Assembly (NCBI GenBank): GCA_964508365.1
Contig: CAZDTP010000040.1
Span: forward strand, 1 to 37,768
Length of the DNA stretch: 37,768 nucleotides
Source: an uncultured archaeon
GTDB taxonomy: Archaea; Asgardarchaeota; Lokiarchaeia; Sigyniarchaeales; SOKP01
Direction of reading: 5' to 3'
Part shown: positions 9,300 through 18,503 of the stretch, piece by piece
Numbering within the stretch: the first letter of the stretch is position 1
Layout: each line of letters begins with the position of its first letter
Notes under the pieces: model-generated
Seen by the model: the letters and a program-made list of their open reading frames with translations, nothing else
Told to the model about the DNA's origin: nothing
Database searches by the model: none
Made by a program: the position numbers and the translations under genes

Positions 9300-9413
9300 A
9301 TGGCAAAAAAAGGAGTTCCTAAAAAAGATGGAAGTGGACGTGGCGTACGAGCTAATCAGGGTCGTGGGGGCTGTGAACCAACAAAAAAAACAGGAAAACG
9401 TAAAAATAAATAA
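9300..9413 (+). CDS. 37-aa basic Gly/Lys/Arg-rich microprotein (not in ORF track)
   Basis: MAKKGVPKKDGSGRGVRANQGRGGCEPTKKTGKRKNK*. GAGGT RBS upstream of the ATG; a locally GC-rich stretch within AT-rich DNA. Confidence 0.7.
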   Translation: MAKKGVPKKDGSGRGVRANQGRGGCEPTKKTGKRKNK

Positions 9414-9714
9414 AGATATACAAAACTGTCCAAAACTACAAAAATAAAGATCAATTCAAAAATTCCTTCCTATAGAATAGAATAGTGAATATATAGTCGG
9501 AATAATGTTAAATCAACCAGATAGATTAATAAAATTCCGTGATAAAATTTAATACAAAAATTTTCTTTTTATCTCTTCTTTTTTTTGCATATATTGAATT
9601 TAAAGAATAAAGGCTTAATTATCGAATGTTCATTATCAAAGTTTTTTAGGTTTCCTAATTTCTTTAACTTAGACTATTATATTTCAATTCAATAATATAA
9701 AATGTGATTACCAC

Positions 9715-11388
9715 TTGTTTGATAAAGATTATTTAGAAAAAATTAGAATAGAAAAGGAAAAGTGGGAAGAAAAGTTAAAAGGATCAAAAGAACGCGATGT
9801 TAAATTCGTAACTGATTCTGAAATTCCTATAAAAAGGTTATACACTCCACTGGATGTAAAAGGAGATTATTTAGAAACGGTAAACTTTCCCGGCCAAGAA
9901 CCTTTTACAAGGGGCGTATATCCATCTATGTATCGTGGTAAATTATGGACTATGCGATTATTCTCTGGACATGGTACTCCCGAAGAGACTAATTTAAGAT
10001 GGAAATATTTATACGAAAATGGGGAAACTGGATTCAGTGCTGCCGTGGACGCACTTACTTTTAACGGAATTGACCCTACAAATCCCGACGGTGCCCCAGA
10101 AGTCGGAACATCGGGTGTTCCGCTCTATTGTATTGATAGCCTTTTTGCACTGACAGAGGATATCCCAATAGATAAGATTAGTGTAGCATTGGTCGTAGAA
10201 CCTTTTACGAGCGCTCCCGTTTGTGCAATGTATTTCAACATGGCGAAAATGCGGGGGTATGACATAAAAAATTTAATGGGAACAACACAAAACGATATTT
10301 TAACGATGACGGTCGGATACATCCCTTACAAGAACAGTCCACCAAATCATTTATTAAGGGTTGCATGTGATTTTATTGAATGGACAGTAGCTCAGAAAAA
10401 CGTTCCTCTTTGGCATCCTATCAATTTTACAGGATATAATTATAGAGAAGGTGGAATTGATGCAATTCAAGAACTTGGTTTTGTATTCGCAAGTGCTTGT
10501 TCTCATATTGACAATTTAATCGAGAGGGGTTGGAAAGCTGATGATTTTGTAGGTAGACTCGCTTTTCATTTAGCTGCTCATAAGGATTTCTTTGAGGAAA
10601 TAGCAAAATACCGTGCAGCTCGAAGGATATGGTATAAGCTCATGAAGGATAAATACGAAGTGAAAAATCCTAAAAATTTTGGTTTTAGGTTTCATGTACA
10701 AACCGCTGGAAGCTCTTTAACTGCCCAATTGCCTATGATTAATATTGTCCGAACAGCTATACAAGGTTTGGAAGCAAATATTGGCGGATGCCAATCTCTT
10801 CATACTAACTCTTACGACGAAGCAATATGCTTACCATCAGAACAGGCGGCTCTTGTTGCGTTAAGAACTCAACAAGTGATTGCAGATGAGACTCGAATTA
10901 CCAATACAATTGATCCCTTGGCTGGTAGTTATTATGTTGAATGGTTGACTGATGAAGTCGAGGAACGAGTATGGAACTACATGGATAAAATTCAAAAAGT
11001 AGGATCCATCGATAAAGCATTGTCGACGGGATGGCTCTATAAGGAAATGCGAGATGCTTTCCATAAGAGAAGAACTCGCCTTGAGAACGGGGAAGAAATC
11101 ATGATTGGTATCAATAAGTACAAGGTACCTTATGATACGGTCACCGATGTTTTCAGAACATCGCAAAAAGCTATCGATACCGAAGTCAATCGGATTAACA
11201 AATTAAAAGCAAGGAGAAATAACGCAAAACTAGAGAAAATTTTAGACAAGCTAAGAGTTGTATGCGAGAAGGAGGAGAATGTCATGCCCGTAATAATGGA
11301 AGCTACAAAAGAAGGAGCGACTGTTGGCGAGATATGTGATATTTACAGAGAAATATGGGGTATATGGGAACCACCATTAGCTATTTAA
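9715..11388 (+). CDS. B12-dependent acyl-CoA mutase, large (substrate-binding) subunit; methylmalonyl-CoA mutase family but atypical pocket
   Basis: PFTRGVYPSMY, WTMR, GTTQNDIL, FHVQTAG, QSLHTNSYDEA, DPLAGSYYVE; TTG start. Confidence 0.92.
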   Translation: MFDKDYLEKIRIEKEKWEEKLKGSKERDVKFVTDSEIPIKRLYTPLDVKGDYLETVNFPGQEPFTRGVYPSMYRGKLWTMRLFSGHGTPEETNLRWKYLYENGETGFSAAVDALTFNGIDPTNPDGAPEVGTSGVPLYCIDSLFALTEDIPIDKISVALVVEPFTSAPVCAMYFNMAKMRGYDIKNLMGTTQNDILTMTVGYIPYKNSPPNHLLRVACDFIEWTVAQKNVPLWHPINFTGYNYREGGIDAIQELGFVFASACSHIDNLIERGWKADDFVGRLAFHLAAHKDFFEEIAKYRAARRIWYKLMKDKYEVKNPKNFGFRFHVQTAGSSLTAQLPMINIVRTAIQGLEANIGGCQSLHTNSYDEAICLPSEQAALVALRTQQVIADETRITNTIDPLAGSYYVEWLTDEVEERVWNYMDKIQKVGSIDKALSTGWLYKEMRDAFHKRRTRLENGEEIMIGINKYKVPYDTVTDVFRTSQKAIDTEVNRINKLKARRNNAKLEKILDKLRVVCEKEENVMPVIMEATKEGATVGEICDIYREIWGIWEPPLAI

Positions 11389-11401
11389 TTGAGGTGTTAA
11401 G

Positions 11402-11800
11402 ATGAGTGAGAGAAAAATTAGAGTTTTAATGTCAAAACCTGGAATTGATGGTCATTGGAGAGGTGGTATTGTAGTATCCAGAGCATTAAGAGATGCTGGT
11501 ATGGAACTCATCTTCGGTGGATTTCAAAATGTAAACCAGATCGTCGAAGCAGCAATTCAAGAAGATGTAGATGTACTTGGTCTATCGATTCATAGCGGAG
11601 CTCATTTCGCATACACTAAACAAATTATCGATTTATTAAAGGAAAGGGGAGTGTTTGAAAACATTTTAATTTTAGTAGGTGGCGTTATACCCGCTCAAGA
11701 CTTTCCAAAATTAAAAGAAATCGGCGTAGCTAATGTGTATGGTCCTGGCTCAATGACTAGTGACATAACTGAATTTATTAAAACACACGTCAAAAAATAA
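11402..11800 (+). CDS. Cobalamin-binding small subunit of the acyl-CoA mutase
   Basis: DxHxxG motif (DGHWRG), GLSIHSGAH and VGGVIP; GAGGTG RBS 13 nt after the large-subunit stop. Confidence 0.93.
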   Translation: MSERKIRVLMSKPGIDGHWRGGIVVSRALRDAGMELIFGGFQNVNQIVEAAIQEDVDVLGLSIHSGAHFAYTKQIIDLLKERGVFENILILVGGVIPAQDFPKLKEIGVANVYGPGSMTSDITEFIKTHVKK

Positions 11801-11906
11801 TTAATTTTATTTTCTACATTTTTACAGAATTAATAATAAAAAAAAATTAAAATTATCTTACTATTTTTGGTTCTTTTACAATACTTGGCTCTACACCTAA
11901 CTTTGG

Positions 11907-13388
11907 CTACTTCTTTAAATTATCATTGAGTTTGTCATCAATACCTGCAATTGCTTTTACCATTTTTTTTCTGGCTTCAATGTCGTATTGGGTTGTGATG
12001 GCAATTTGCTCCATTACAGGGGAACCCCCACCGTGATAACCTCCAACTTGCATGATACCTCCCGATGCAGAGCAAAGCATATCTCCGACATAACGCCAGA
12101 ATTGAGCTGCATTGTGAGGTGCGATCTTTGGATTTCTAGTGATGTATTTGTTAAGATAATCCTTCAATTCAGGATTTAGGAAGTCTTTTTCGTGGGGGAA
12201 GGTAGCCGGAATACCACCTGAGATGTCGCAAATAATTTCTGCTTCCCGATATACATTTTCTCCAGTTAAACATCTTCCAACATTACAATAAATAGAATTA
12301 GGTATATAACTTCCTGGACCATAGGGAATAAATCCTAAACCAGGCATGTATACCTCTGGTTTACCTAGGTCAGAAGCTGTATAACCCGCAGCGTAGCCTA
12401 GTTCCGTGACCATAATCAATTCCGCTAACTTATGCCTGACATGGGGTGCTTTATGAACATTATTATATTCTGCAGCTAATGCAGCTGTACCTGTTATTAA
12501 ATCTCCTATTGCTGGCTTACATCCAGAATAACTATGTCGATGAAATAATGCAAATAATAACGCAAGAACGCCCGCATGTTGGTATTCACCGCAGAGAAAA
12601 ACTCTTTCCCATGGAATAAATACATTATCAAAAATTATATAGGAATCTGTATAACCTGGTATAAAACCTCGTTTGAAATGTTTTCTCTCTCTTAAATTGT
12701 GAATTGTGACAACTTGCTTTACACCGTCATAATCTCCAGGGACTGCAAATGCTACAGCATAATCTTTATCCTCTGGTCGTAAAGCTCTTGTAGGGACAAC
12801 TATTATTTCATCAGACACAGACGCTTCCGAAATGTGAACTTTACACCCGTTCACTATGATTCCGTCGTCTCTTTTTTCTACGACACGAACATACATATCT
12901 GGGTCTTCTTGATCAGCAGGACGCTTTATGCGATTTCCTTTAACATCTGTTTGGGCACAGGCAGCAATTAAATCTTCTCTTTGAAATCGTTCCATCCATT
13001 TCTTAAAATTTTCATGATAATTTGTTTGTCCTTTATTCATTTTATCCGCTTCATAACTAACATTATAGACTGCATTTGCACCATCGCATCCCATGCACCG
13101 TTGAATACACCCTCCTACCTTCTGACATAGTTTACGAGTCATGTCTTGTTTTTTATGAAGGTCATCTGTGCTCTGGTGAATATGCGTAAATCTATTAATG
13201 GTTTCGTCAATTAGATGGGACTTAACTTTCATTAGATCAGATAATTCCTCCACCATATCGTAAGTCATACCAATTGTGTTAATAGTGTCCATCTGTCGTT
13301 CGTCTAATCTACTGATCTTTTCTCCGTCATAGTAGATATTGTTTTTCATTTTACCTAAATCGTTCATATATTGTTCTTTTGTTCTCAT
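11907..13388 (-). CDS. abfD: 4-hydroxybutyryl-CoA dehydratase / vinylacetyl-CoA isomerase (HpaB/AbfD fold)
   Basis: The [4Fe-4S] ligand set of AbfD is present: CIQRC (two Cys) and HRHSYSGCK (His, Cys). Also AQTDVKGNR and a GGGSP C-terminal motif. Confidence 0.85.
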   Translation of the reverse strand: MRTKEQYMNDLGKMKNNIYYDGEKISRLDERQMDTINTIGMTYDMVEELSDLMKVKSHLIDETINRFTHIHQSTDDLHKKQDMTRKLCQKVGGCIQRCMGCDGANAVYNVSYEADKMNKGQTNYHENFKKWMERFQREDLIAACAQTDVKGNRIKRPADQEDPDMYVRVVEKRDDGIIVNGCKVHISEASVSDEIIVVPTRALRPEDKDYAVAFAVPGDYDGVKQVVTIHNLRERKHFKRGFIPGYTDSYIIFDNVFIPWERVFLCGEYQHAGVLALLFALFHRHSYSGCKPAIGDLITGTAALAAEYNNVHKAPHVRHKLAELIMVTELGYAAGYTASDLGKPEVYMPGLGFIPYGPGSYIPNSIYCNVGRCLTGENVYREAEIICDISGGIPATFPHEKDFLNPELKDYLNKYITRNPKIAPHNAAQFWRYVGDMLCSASGGIMQVGGYHGGGSPVMEQIAITTQYDIEARKKMVKAIAGIDDKLNDNLKK

Positions 13389-13608
13389 TTGTATACCTCT
13401 TTTTACATTTGATAAATTTGTTTACTTGATTAATCATTATTACCTTTATCTATAAATAATTAATCCCTATTTTATGAAAAATATTATGCCTTATAATTAT
13501 CTTTATAAGTATTATAAATAATGTTAAAAAATAAGTAAATTTCATCTATATTGTTTTCTCCTTGTTTACTCATGAACTTAACCCATTAAACATAACAAAA
13601 TCTTAATT

Positions 13609-14787
13609 TTACCAATCATCTGGAGTTGTTAACCCTGAACCTGTAATAAATAGCACCACACTGTCATTCGAATCAATAAATCCCTCGTCTGTTAATTTTA
13701 CCGTTGCGGCGACTGTCGCAGCAGCTTCTGGGCAAACCATAATTCCTTCAGTTTTTGCAAATGAATACATCGCATTTTTTATTTCCGAATCATCAACAGC
13801 AATCGCGGTTCCACTGGATTCTCTGATAGCATTTAGTATTAAATAATCTCCAATCGCTCCCGGAACCCGAATTCCAGAAGCAAACGAGTGAGCATTTTCC
13901 CAAGGAGTTGCAAATTTATCACCGTTTTTAAAAGCTCTCACAATCGGTTGACATCCTGATGGTTGAACGGAAACCATTTTTGGACGCTCGCTTCCTATTA
14001 ATCCTAAGGTTTCCATCTCTTCAAATGCTTTCCACATGCCTACTATTCCCGTTCCTCCTCCAGTAGGATATATAATCATATCAGGCAGAGTCCAGTCAAA
14101 TAGTTCCGCTAATTCTAGTCCCATTGTCTTTTTTCCCTCTACTCGATAAGGCTCTTTCAATGTAGAAACTGAAAACCAATTATTTTTCATACCTTCTTCT
14201 TTAGCAACTCGACCCGCATCACTTATCAATCCTTCAATTAATGTTAGTTCTCCACCCATATGTTTTATTTCTTTTTGAATTAGTTCAGGGGTATCTTTAG
14301 GTACAAAAATGTGAGCCTTTACTCCTGAGTGAGCAGTATAAGCTGATAACGCAGCACCAGCATTTCCCGCACTTGGCATAACAAAATCTTTAATTCCTAA
14401 TTCTAACCCTTTAGAAACTGTAGCACATAATCCTCGAGACTTAAAAGTTCCAGTAGGGTTTTGTCCTTCGTCTTTAAGATAAATTTGATTTAACTTCAAA
14501 TCCTTGCCAAAATTGTTGAGTTTAACATTAGGAGTCCATCCCTCTCCAAGTGTTATCCGAAATTTATTTTCTTTTACTGGCATAATTTCATGTAGACGCC
14601 AAATATTGTACACTTTCCTACTTTGAATATTCTGTTTTGAAAGAGTCTCTTTAGCTTTCTCTAAATCATATTTTGGGTATAACACTTTTCCACATGAAGT
14701 ACATAGTCCATTTCTTTCATTTGCGTCAAATTCTTTTCCACAATTAGTACATATTAAATTAATGATATATGAGCGATTAGTATCCAT
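13609..14787 (-). CDS. thrC: Threonine synthase-like PLP enzyme with N-terminal Zn ribbon
   Basis: CTNCG...CTSCG; NPTGTFKSRG (PLP lysine); PSAGNAG; RVEGKKT; YPTGGGTG; TGSGL. Confidence 0.85.
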   Translation of the reverse strand: MDTNRSYIINLICTNCGKEFDANERNGLCTSCGKVLYPKYDLEKAKETLSKQNIQSRKVYNIWRLHEIMPVKENKFRITLGEGWTPNVKLNNFGKDLKLNQIYLKDEGQNPTGTFKSRGLCATVSKGLELGIKDFVMPSAGNAGAALSAYTAHSGVKAHIFVPKDTPELIQKEIKHMGGELTLIEGLISDAGRVAKEEGMKNNWFSVSTLKEPYRVEGKKTMGLELAELFDWTLPDMIIYPTGGGTGIVGMWKAFEEMETLGLIGSERPKMVSVQPSGCQPIVRAFKNGDKFATPWENAHSFASGIRVPGAIGDYLILNAIRESSGTAIAVDDSEIKNAMYSFAKTEGIMVCPEAAATVAATVKLTDEGFIDSNDSVVLFITGSGLTTPDDW

Positions 14788-14903
14788 CTTTGTAACCTCT
14801 AATTGTTATGAAACTTTATTTTTTTTGAATTTTATATCTCTTATAATTTCTATGAAAACATCGACAGAAAAACTAATAATTAAAGCAAATATCTGAACAG
14901 ATA

Positions 14904-16112
14904 ATGATTGAAGAAAAGATACAGGTTTACGGATATCGTTGGATAATTTTAATCATCTTTATGCTAGTAAATATATTTTCACAGATTTTGTGGATATCTT
15001 ATGCCACCGTCACATTAGAAGCGACAACATATTATAATGTCAGTGAATTTGAAATTCTTTTTTTATCAACGATTTTTATGATAGTATATATTCCAGTTAC
15101 ATTTATTACATCTTGGTTCATCAATAAATATGGTTTTAGGATAGGTGTGGGATTTGGAGCTCTATTTAATGGAGTTTTTGGGTTTTTAAGATTTTTAGCT
15201 GGACCGAATTATCTTTTAATTTTATTTTTTCACATTATTATTGCTATAAGCCAACCGTTTTTTTTAAATAGCGTTACATTACTGTCCGCAAATTGGTTTC
15301 CGGAATCAGAACGTACTATTGCTACTGGTCTTTCAGTGATATCTCAACTTCTAGGAATCGCTCTCGGTATGATTTTAACACCAATTCTAGTGATGATATT
15401 TAGCTTTGAAGTAATGCTATTTATATATGGGTTGTTTTCCTTAATTATCGGAATATTGTTTGTAATTATCGCTCGAGATAGACCTCCCACACCACCTTCA
15501 ATCAAATTAATTAATGAAAATATTATATTGAAAGGAGAATTAAAATTACTTTTTTTTAATAAGCGTTATTGGATTTTGATAATTATCTTTTTAGTTGGTC
15601 TGGGAGCATTTAATATGGTAACAACATATATTGAGCTTATAGTTGTCCCCAGAGGTTTAACATCTATCGAAGCTGGAAATCTCGGGGGGATACTGCTTCT
15701 GGGTGGGATAATAGGGTCCATACTGATGTCCATATTATCAGATAAATTGCGAAAACGAACATTATTAATAAAAATATCGCTTTTAATTGCCGTGGCTGCT
15801 TTTTTTGCTATATCTTTTGCGAATAATGCAATTATGTTATATATTTTCGGATTTCTATTAGGATTCGGTTTATTATCTGTTGGTCCTGTAGTATTAGAGT
15901 ATGCTGTTGAAATTACAGTACCCGTTCCGGAAGCAACTTCAAACGGAATGCTAATGATGGTAGGTGCGGTTGGTGGTATTATTTTTATCTTAGGTTTTGA
16001 AGGATTTACTACTCCTTCAGGAGATTATCTCCTTGCCCTGATAGTATTATCCATCCTTTCATTAGTATCATTTATTCTCTCTTTCTTTCTTAAAGATGTA
16101 AAAAGAGAATAA
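14904..16112 (+). CDS. MFS transporter, FLVCR/SLC49-like
   Basis: 12 TM; N-terminal VYGYRWIILIIF, WFPESERTIATG and SDKLRKR motifs. Confidence 0.85.
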   Translation: MIEEKIQVYGYRWIILIIFMLVNIFSQILWISYATVTLEATTYYNVSEFEILFLSTIFMIVYIPVTFITSWFINKYGFRIGVGFGALFNGVFGFLRFLAGPNYLLILFFHIIIAISQPFFLNSVTLLSANWFPESERTIATGLSVISQLLGIALGMILTPILVMIFSFEVMLFIYGLFSLIIGILFVIIARDRPPTPPSIKLINENIILKGELKLLFFNKRYWILIIIFLVGLGAFNMVTTYIELIVVPRGLTSIEAGNLGGILLLGGIIGSILMSILSDKLRKRTLLIKISLLIAVAAFFAISFANNAIMLYIFGFLLGFGLLSVGPVVLEYAVEITVPVPEATSNGMLMMVGAVGGIIFILGFEGFTTPSGDYLLALIVLSILSLVSFILSFFLKDVKRE

Positions 16113-16292
16113 AAGCAATAAAACCTTCTTTAAATACTAATCATTTATTGTTAGATAGATCATCCATTTTTTCATGAAAAATATTGTAATGTTTTTATTC
16201 GAGATTATGTCAAAAACTAAAAAACATATCTAATATTTTTCTATTTAAGTTATATATTTATACAACAACGAATCTGAGGAAGTCATTTTTTC

Positions 16293-17264
16293 ATGGGGAA
16301 TTATGATTTAGGAACTTTAATAACTAATTTTAAAAAAAAGGACAAAATTGCTTTAGCAAGATTAATTACACTTATCGAGAACGAACCTGAACGAGCACAT
16401 GAGGTCTTTAAGCATTTTGAAAGCGTAAGACACGAATCTTATATAATTGGACTTACTGGATCTCCTGGAGTGGGAAAAAGTACGTTAACAGGTGCCATAG
16501 CTCAAAAAATGTTAGATGAAGGCAAAACTGTTGGGATTATATCTGTAGATCCAACTAGCCCTTTTAGCGGAGGAGCATTTTTAGGAGATAGAGTCAGAAT
16601 GACTAATATTTCTTTACATCCTAACGTTTTTATGCGTAGTCTTGCGTCAAGAGGATATAAAGGAGGAATATCAAGAGCAGTATTCGACATAAGTATGTTA
16701 TATGAAGCTTTTGGTATGGACATAATTATTATTGAAACGGTCGGAGTTGGTCAAGCGGAATTTGATATCTATAATTTAGCTTACACAGTTGTAGTCATCT
16801 TAGTTCCTGGTTACGGTGATGTCATTCAGATGCAAAAAGCTGGTATTATCGAGATAGGAGATATCTACGATGTAAACAAAAAAGATTTAGGAGGAGAAGA
16901 TATAGCCGTACAAATTGAAATGATGCTCGATGATACTATATTTCAGAGTGGGTATCGACCCCCTGTTGTATTAACTGATGCTATAAAAGGTGAAGGGATA
17001 GATGAGCTTCTCCAATATATTTGGGATCATAGGGAACATATTGAATTATCTGGTACCATAAAAGAAAAGCAAAAAAATCGGTTTAATTATAAGATAAATG
17101 AACTGGTTTTCTCCAAAGTCGAAAAATTAGTCTCAGAAAAAGTTCTCAATAAAATTAAAATTAAGGAAATAGTAAACGATGCGTTGGATAATAACAGCTT
17201 TGGAATTTATGATAAAGTACACAATCTTTTCGAAAAGCTGAATTTCAAAATCGATGAAGATTAA
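16293..17264 (+). CDS. meaB: MeaB/ArgK G-protein chaperone of B12 acyl-CoA mutases
   Basis: GLTGSPGVGKST, VDPTSPFSGGAFLGDRVRM, FMRSLASRG, IETVGVGQ, VNKKD. Confidence 0.95.
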   Translation: MGNYDLGTLITNFKKKDKIALARLITLIENEPERAHEVFKHFESVRHESYIIGLTGSPGVGKSTLTGAIAQKMLDEGKTVGIISVDPTSPFSGGAFLGDRVRMTNISLHPNVFMRSLASRGYKGGISRAVFDISMLYEAFGMDIIIIETVGVGQAEFDIYNLAYTVVVILVPGYGDVIQMQKAGIIEIGDIYDVNKKDLGGEDIAVQIEMMLDDTIFQSGYRPPVVLTDAIKGEGIDELLQYIWDHREHIELSGTIKEKQKNRFNYKINELVFSKVEKLVSEKVLNKIKIKEIVNDALDNNSFGIYDKVHNLFEKLNFKIDED

Positions 17265-17402
17265 TACAAATTCCTCATTAGTCTCATTTTATTTAGAAAT
17301 CATTTAAACTAAAAACAAGTTTTAAATACCTTATTCTCTCAAGATTAATTTTAGTGTTTTTAAAACATAGAAGGTAAAACTTAAAAACTTTTTTTCTAAA
17401 TC

Positions 17403-18329
17403 GTGACTATGCCCCATAAAAATAAAAGAATATCTCTCGAGGGGAAAATGGATGATTGGGGTCCATTTGGCAAAAACGAAGGAAAATGGTTGATCTTTTC
17501 AATTGGAAATCCCGTAGAAGGTCATGGATATGCATTACCAAGAAATATTGACGATTTACAATCACAACGAATAGCCCATCTTATTTCATGCAAAACAGGA
17601 GGGCGATATGTTGGACATATCCCATGGGCAACTGATAGTTTTACCTCAATTGCCACGGATTGGGCGCCAAAATCAATTCCGGTGAAAGAACTAGTTAAAA
17701 AGATAATAGATTTCATAAAGTTCCACATTGAAATTTATAAAAAAATGGATTTACCTGTTTCAAGAGTTTTTATTTATTCGGGACATGGTGGAAATAATCC
17801 GCTTGTTGATTATACTAAAGAAATACAAGACGCACTACAATTAGAGAGACTAATTATATCTACAACAGAAAATATTGCAGAAGATAATATCGACAGGATG
17901 ATGATAGAATTAGAGAAACTTTCTCTAGAACTCGCAACTAAGGGTGGAAATCCGAGACAGATAAAAAGAACTTTAATTAAAGTGTTACTAAGTGCAGCAC
18001 ATGCGGGGCATTTTGAGCATTCACTTGGAGCAGCTTTAGGAGTATTGGACGAAGAAAAGCTAAAGATTATGAATGAAGAATTGGAAAGAGATTTTGAATC
18101 TGCTCTTAATAAATGGCCACCAATTGGAGGTTTAGGCGGGTTCTTAATGGCTGGCGGAGAATATACAGAAGCTTTAGGGACAAAGGATAACGATAAATTT
18201 GGATTATGGAATTGTTTGAAGCGTTTACGCACTCTTGATAACGGTAAAATTAAAGTCTTCAAAGAGTTAGGGGAATTGATTATAAATTTGTTAGTTGAAT
18301 ATTATTCTGAAATAATTTTAAGTAATTAA
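17403..18329 (+). CDS. Creatininase/ArfB-family metal amidohydrolase (start may be the ATG at 17409)
   Basis: Metal-ligand motifs EGHGYALPRNID, SGHGGN and HAGHFE are all present. Confidence 0.8.
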   Translation: MTMPHKNKRISLEGKMDDWGPFGKNEGKWLIFSIGNPVEGHGYALPRNIDDLQSQRIAHLISCKTGGRYVGHIPWATDSFTSIATDWAPKSIPVKELVKKIIDFIKFHIEIYKKMDLPVSRVFIYSGHGGNNPLVDYTKEIQDALQLERLIISTTENIAEDNIDRMMIELEKLSLELATKGGNPRQIKRTLIKVLLSAAHAGHFEHSLGAALGVLDEEKLKIMNEELERDFESALNKWPPIGGLGGFLMAGGEYTEALGTKDNDKFGLWNCLKRLRTLDNGKIKVFKELGELIINLLVEYYSEIILSN

Positions 18330-18503
18330 TTTTTTTGTGTATGAATAGTTAAGATCATTTTTGCTGAATTTTTTGCTAATTTCAATTACATATCAATAAA
18401 TCTTTTGATAAAATATATCTTTAAATTAAATCTTAACGTAAATTCATTTATTCAATAAATTTAACAATAAACAACGTTATCTATTTAAAACGAGGTTATA
18501 AAA

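Noticed and set aside
9320-9380. GC-rich patch as a tRNA or structured RNA
   Set aside because: No cloverleaf or T-loop consensus; the coding microprotein with its RBS explains it better.
9715-11388. Plain methylmalonyl-CoA mutase annotation
   Set aside because: The Tyr89, Arg207 and His244 equivalents are not conserved.
11907-13388. Annotation as 4-hydroxyphenylacetate 3-hydroxylase, or as evidence of 3HP/4HB carbon fixation
   Set aside because: The Fe-S ligands indicate AbfD rather than HpaB. AbfD alone also serves fermentation, and no carboxylase or other cycle genes are in the window.
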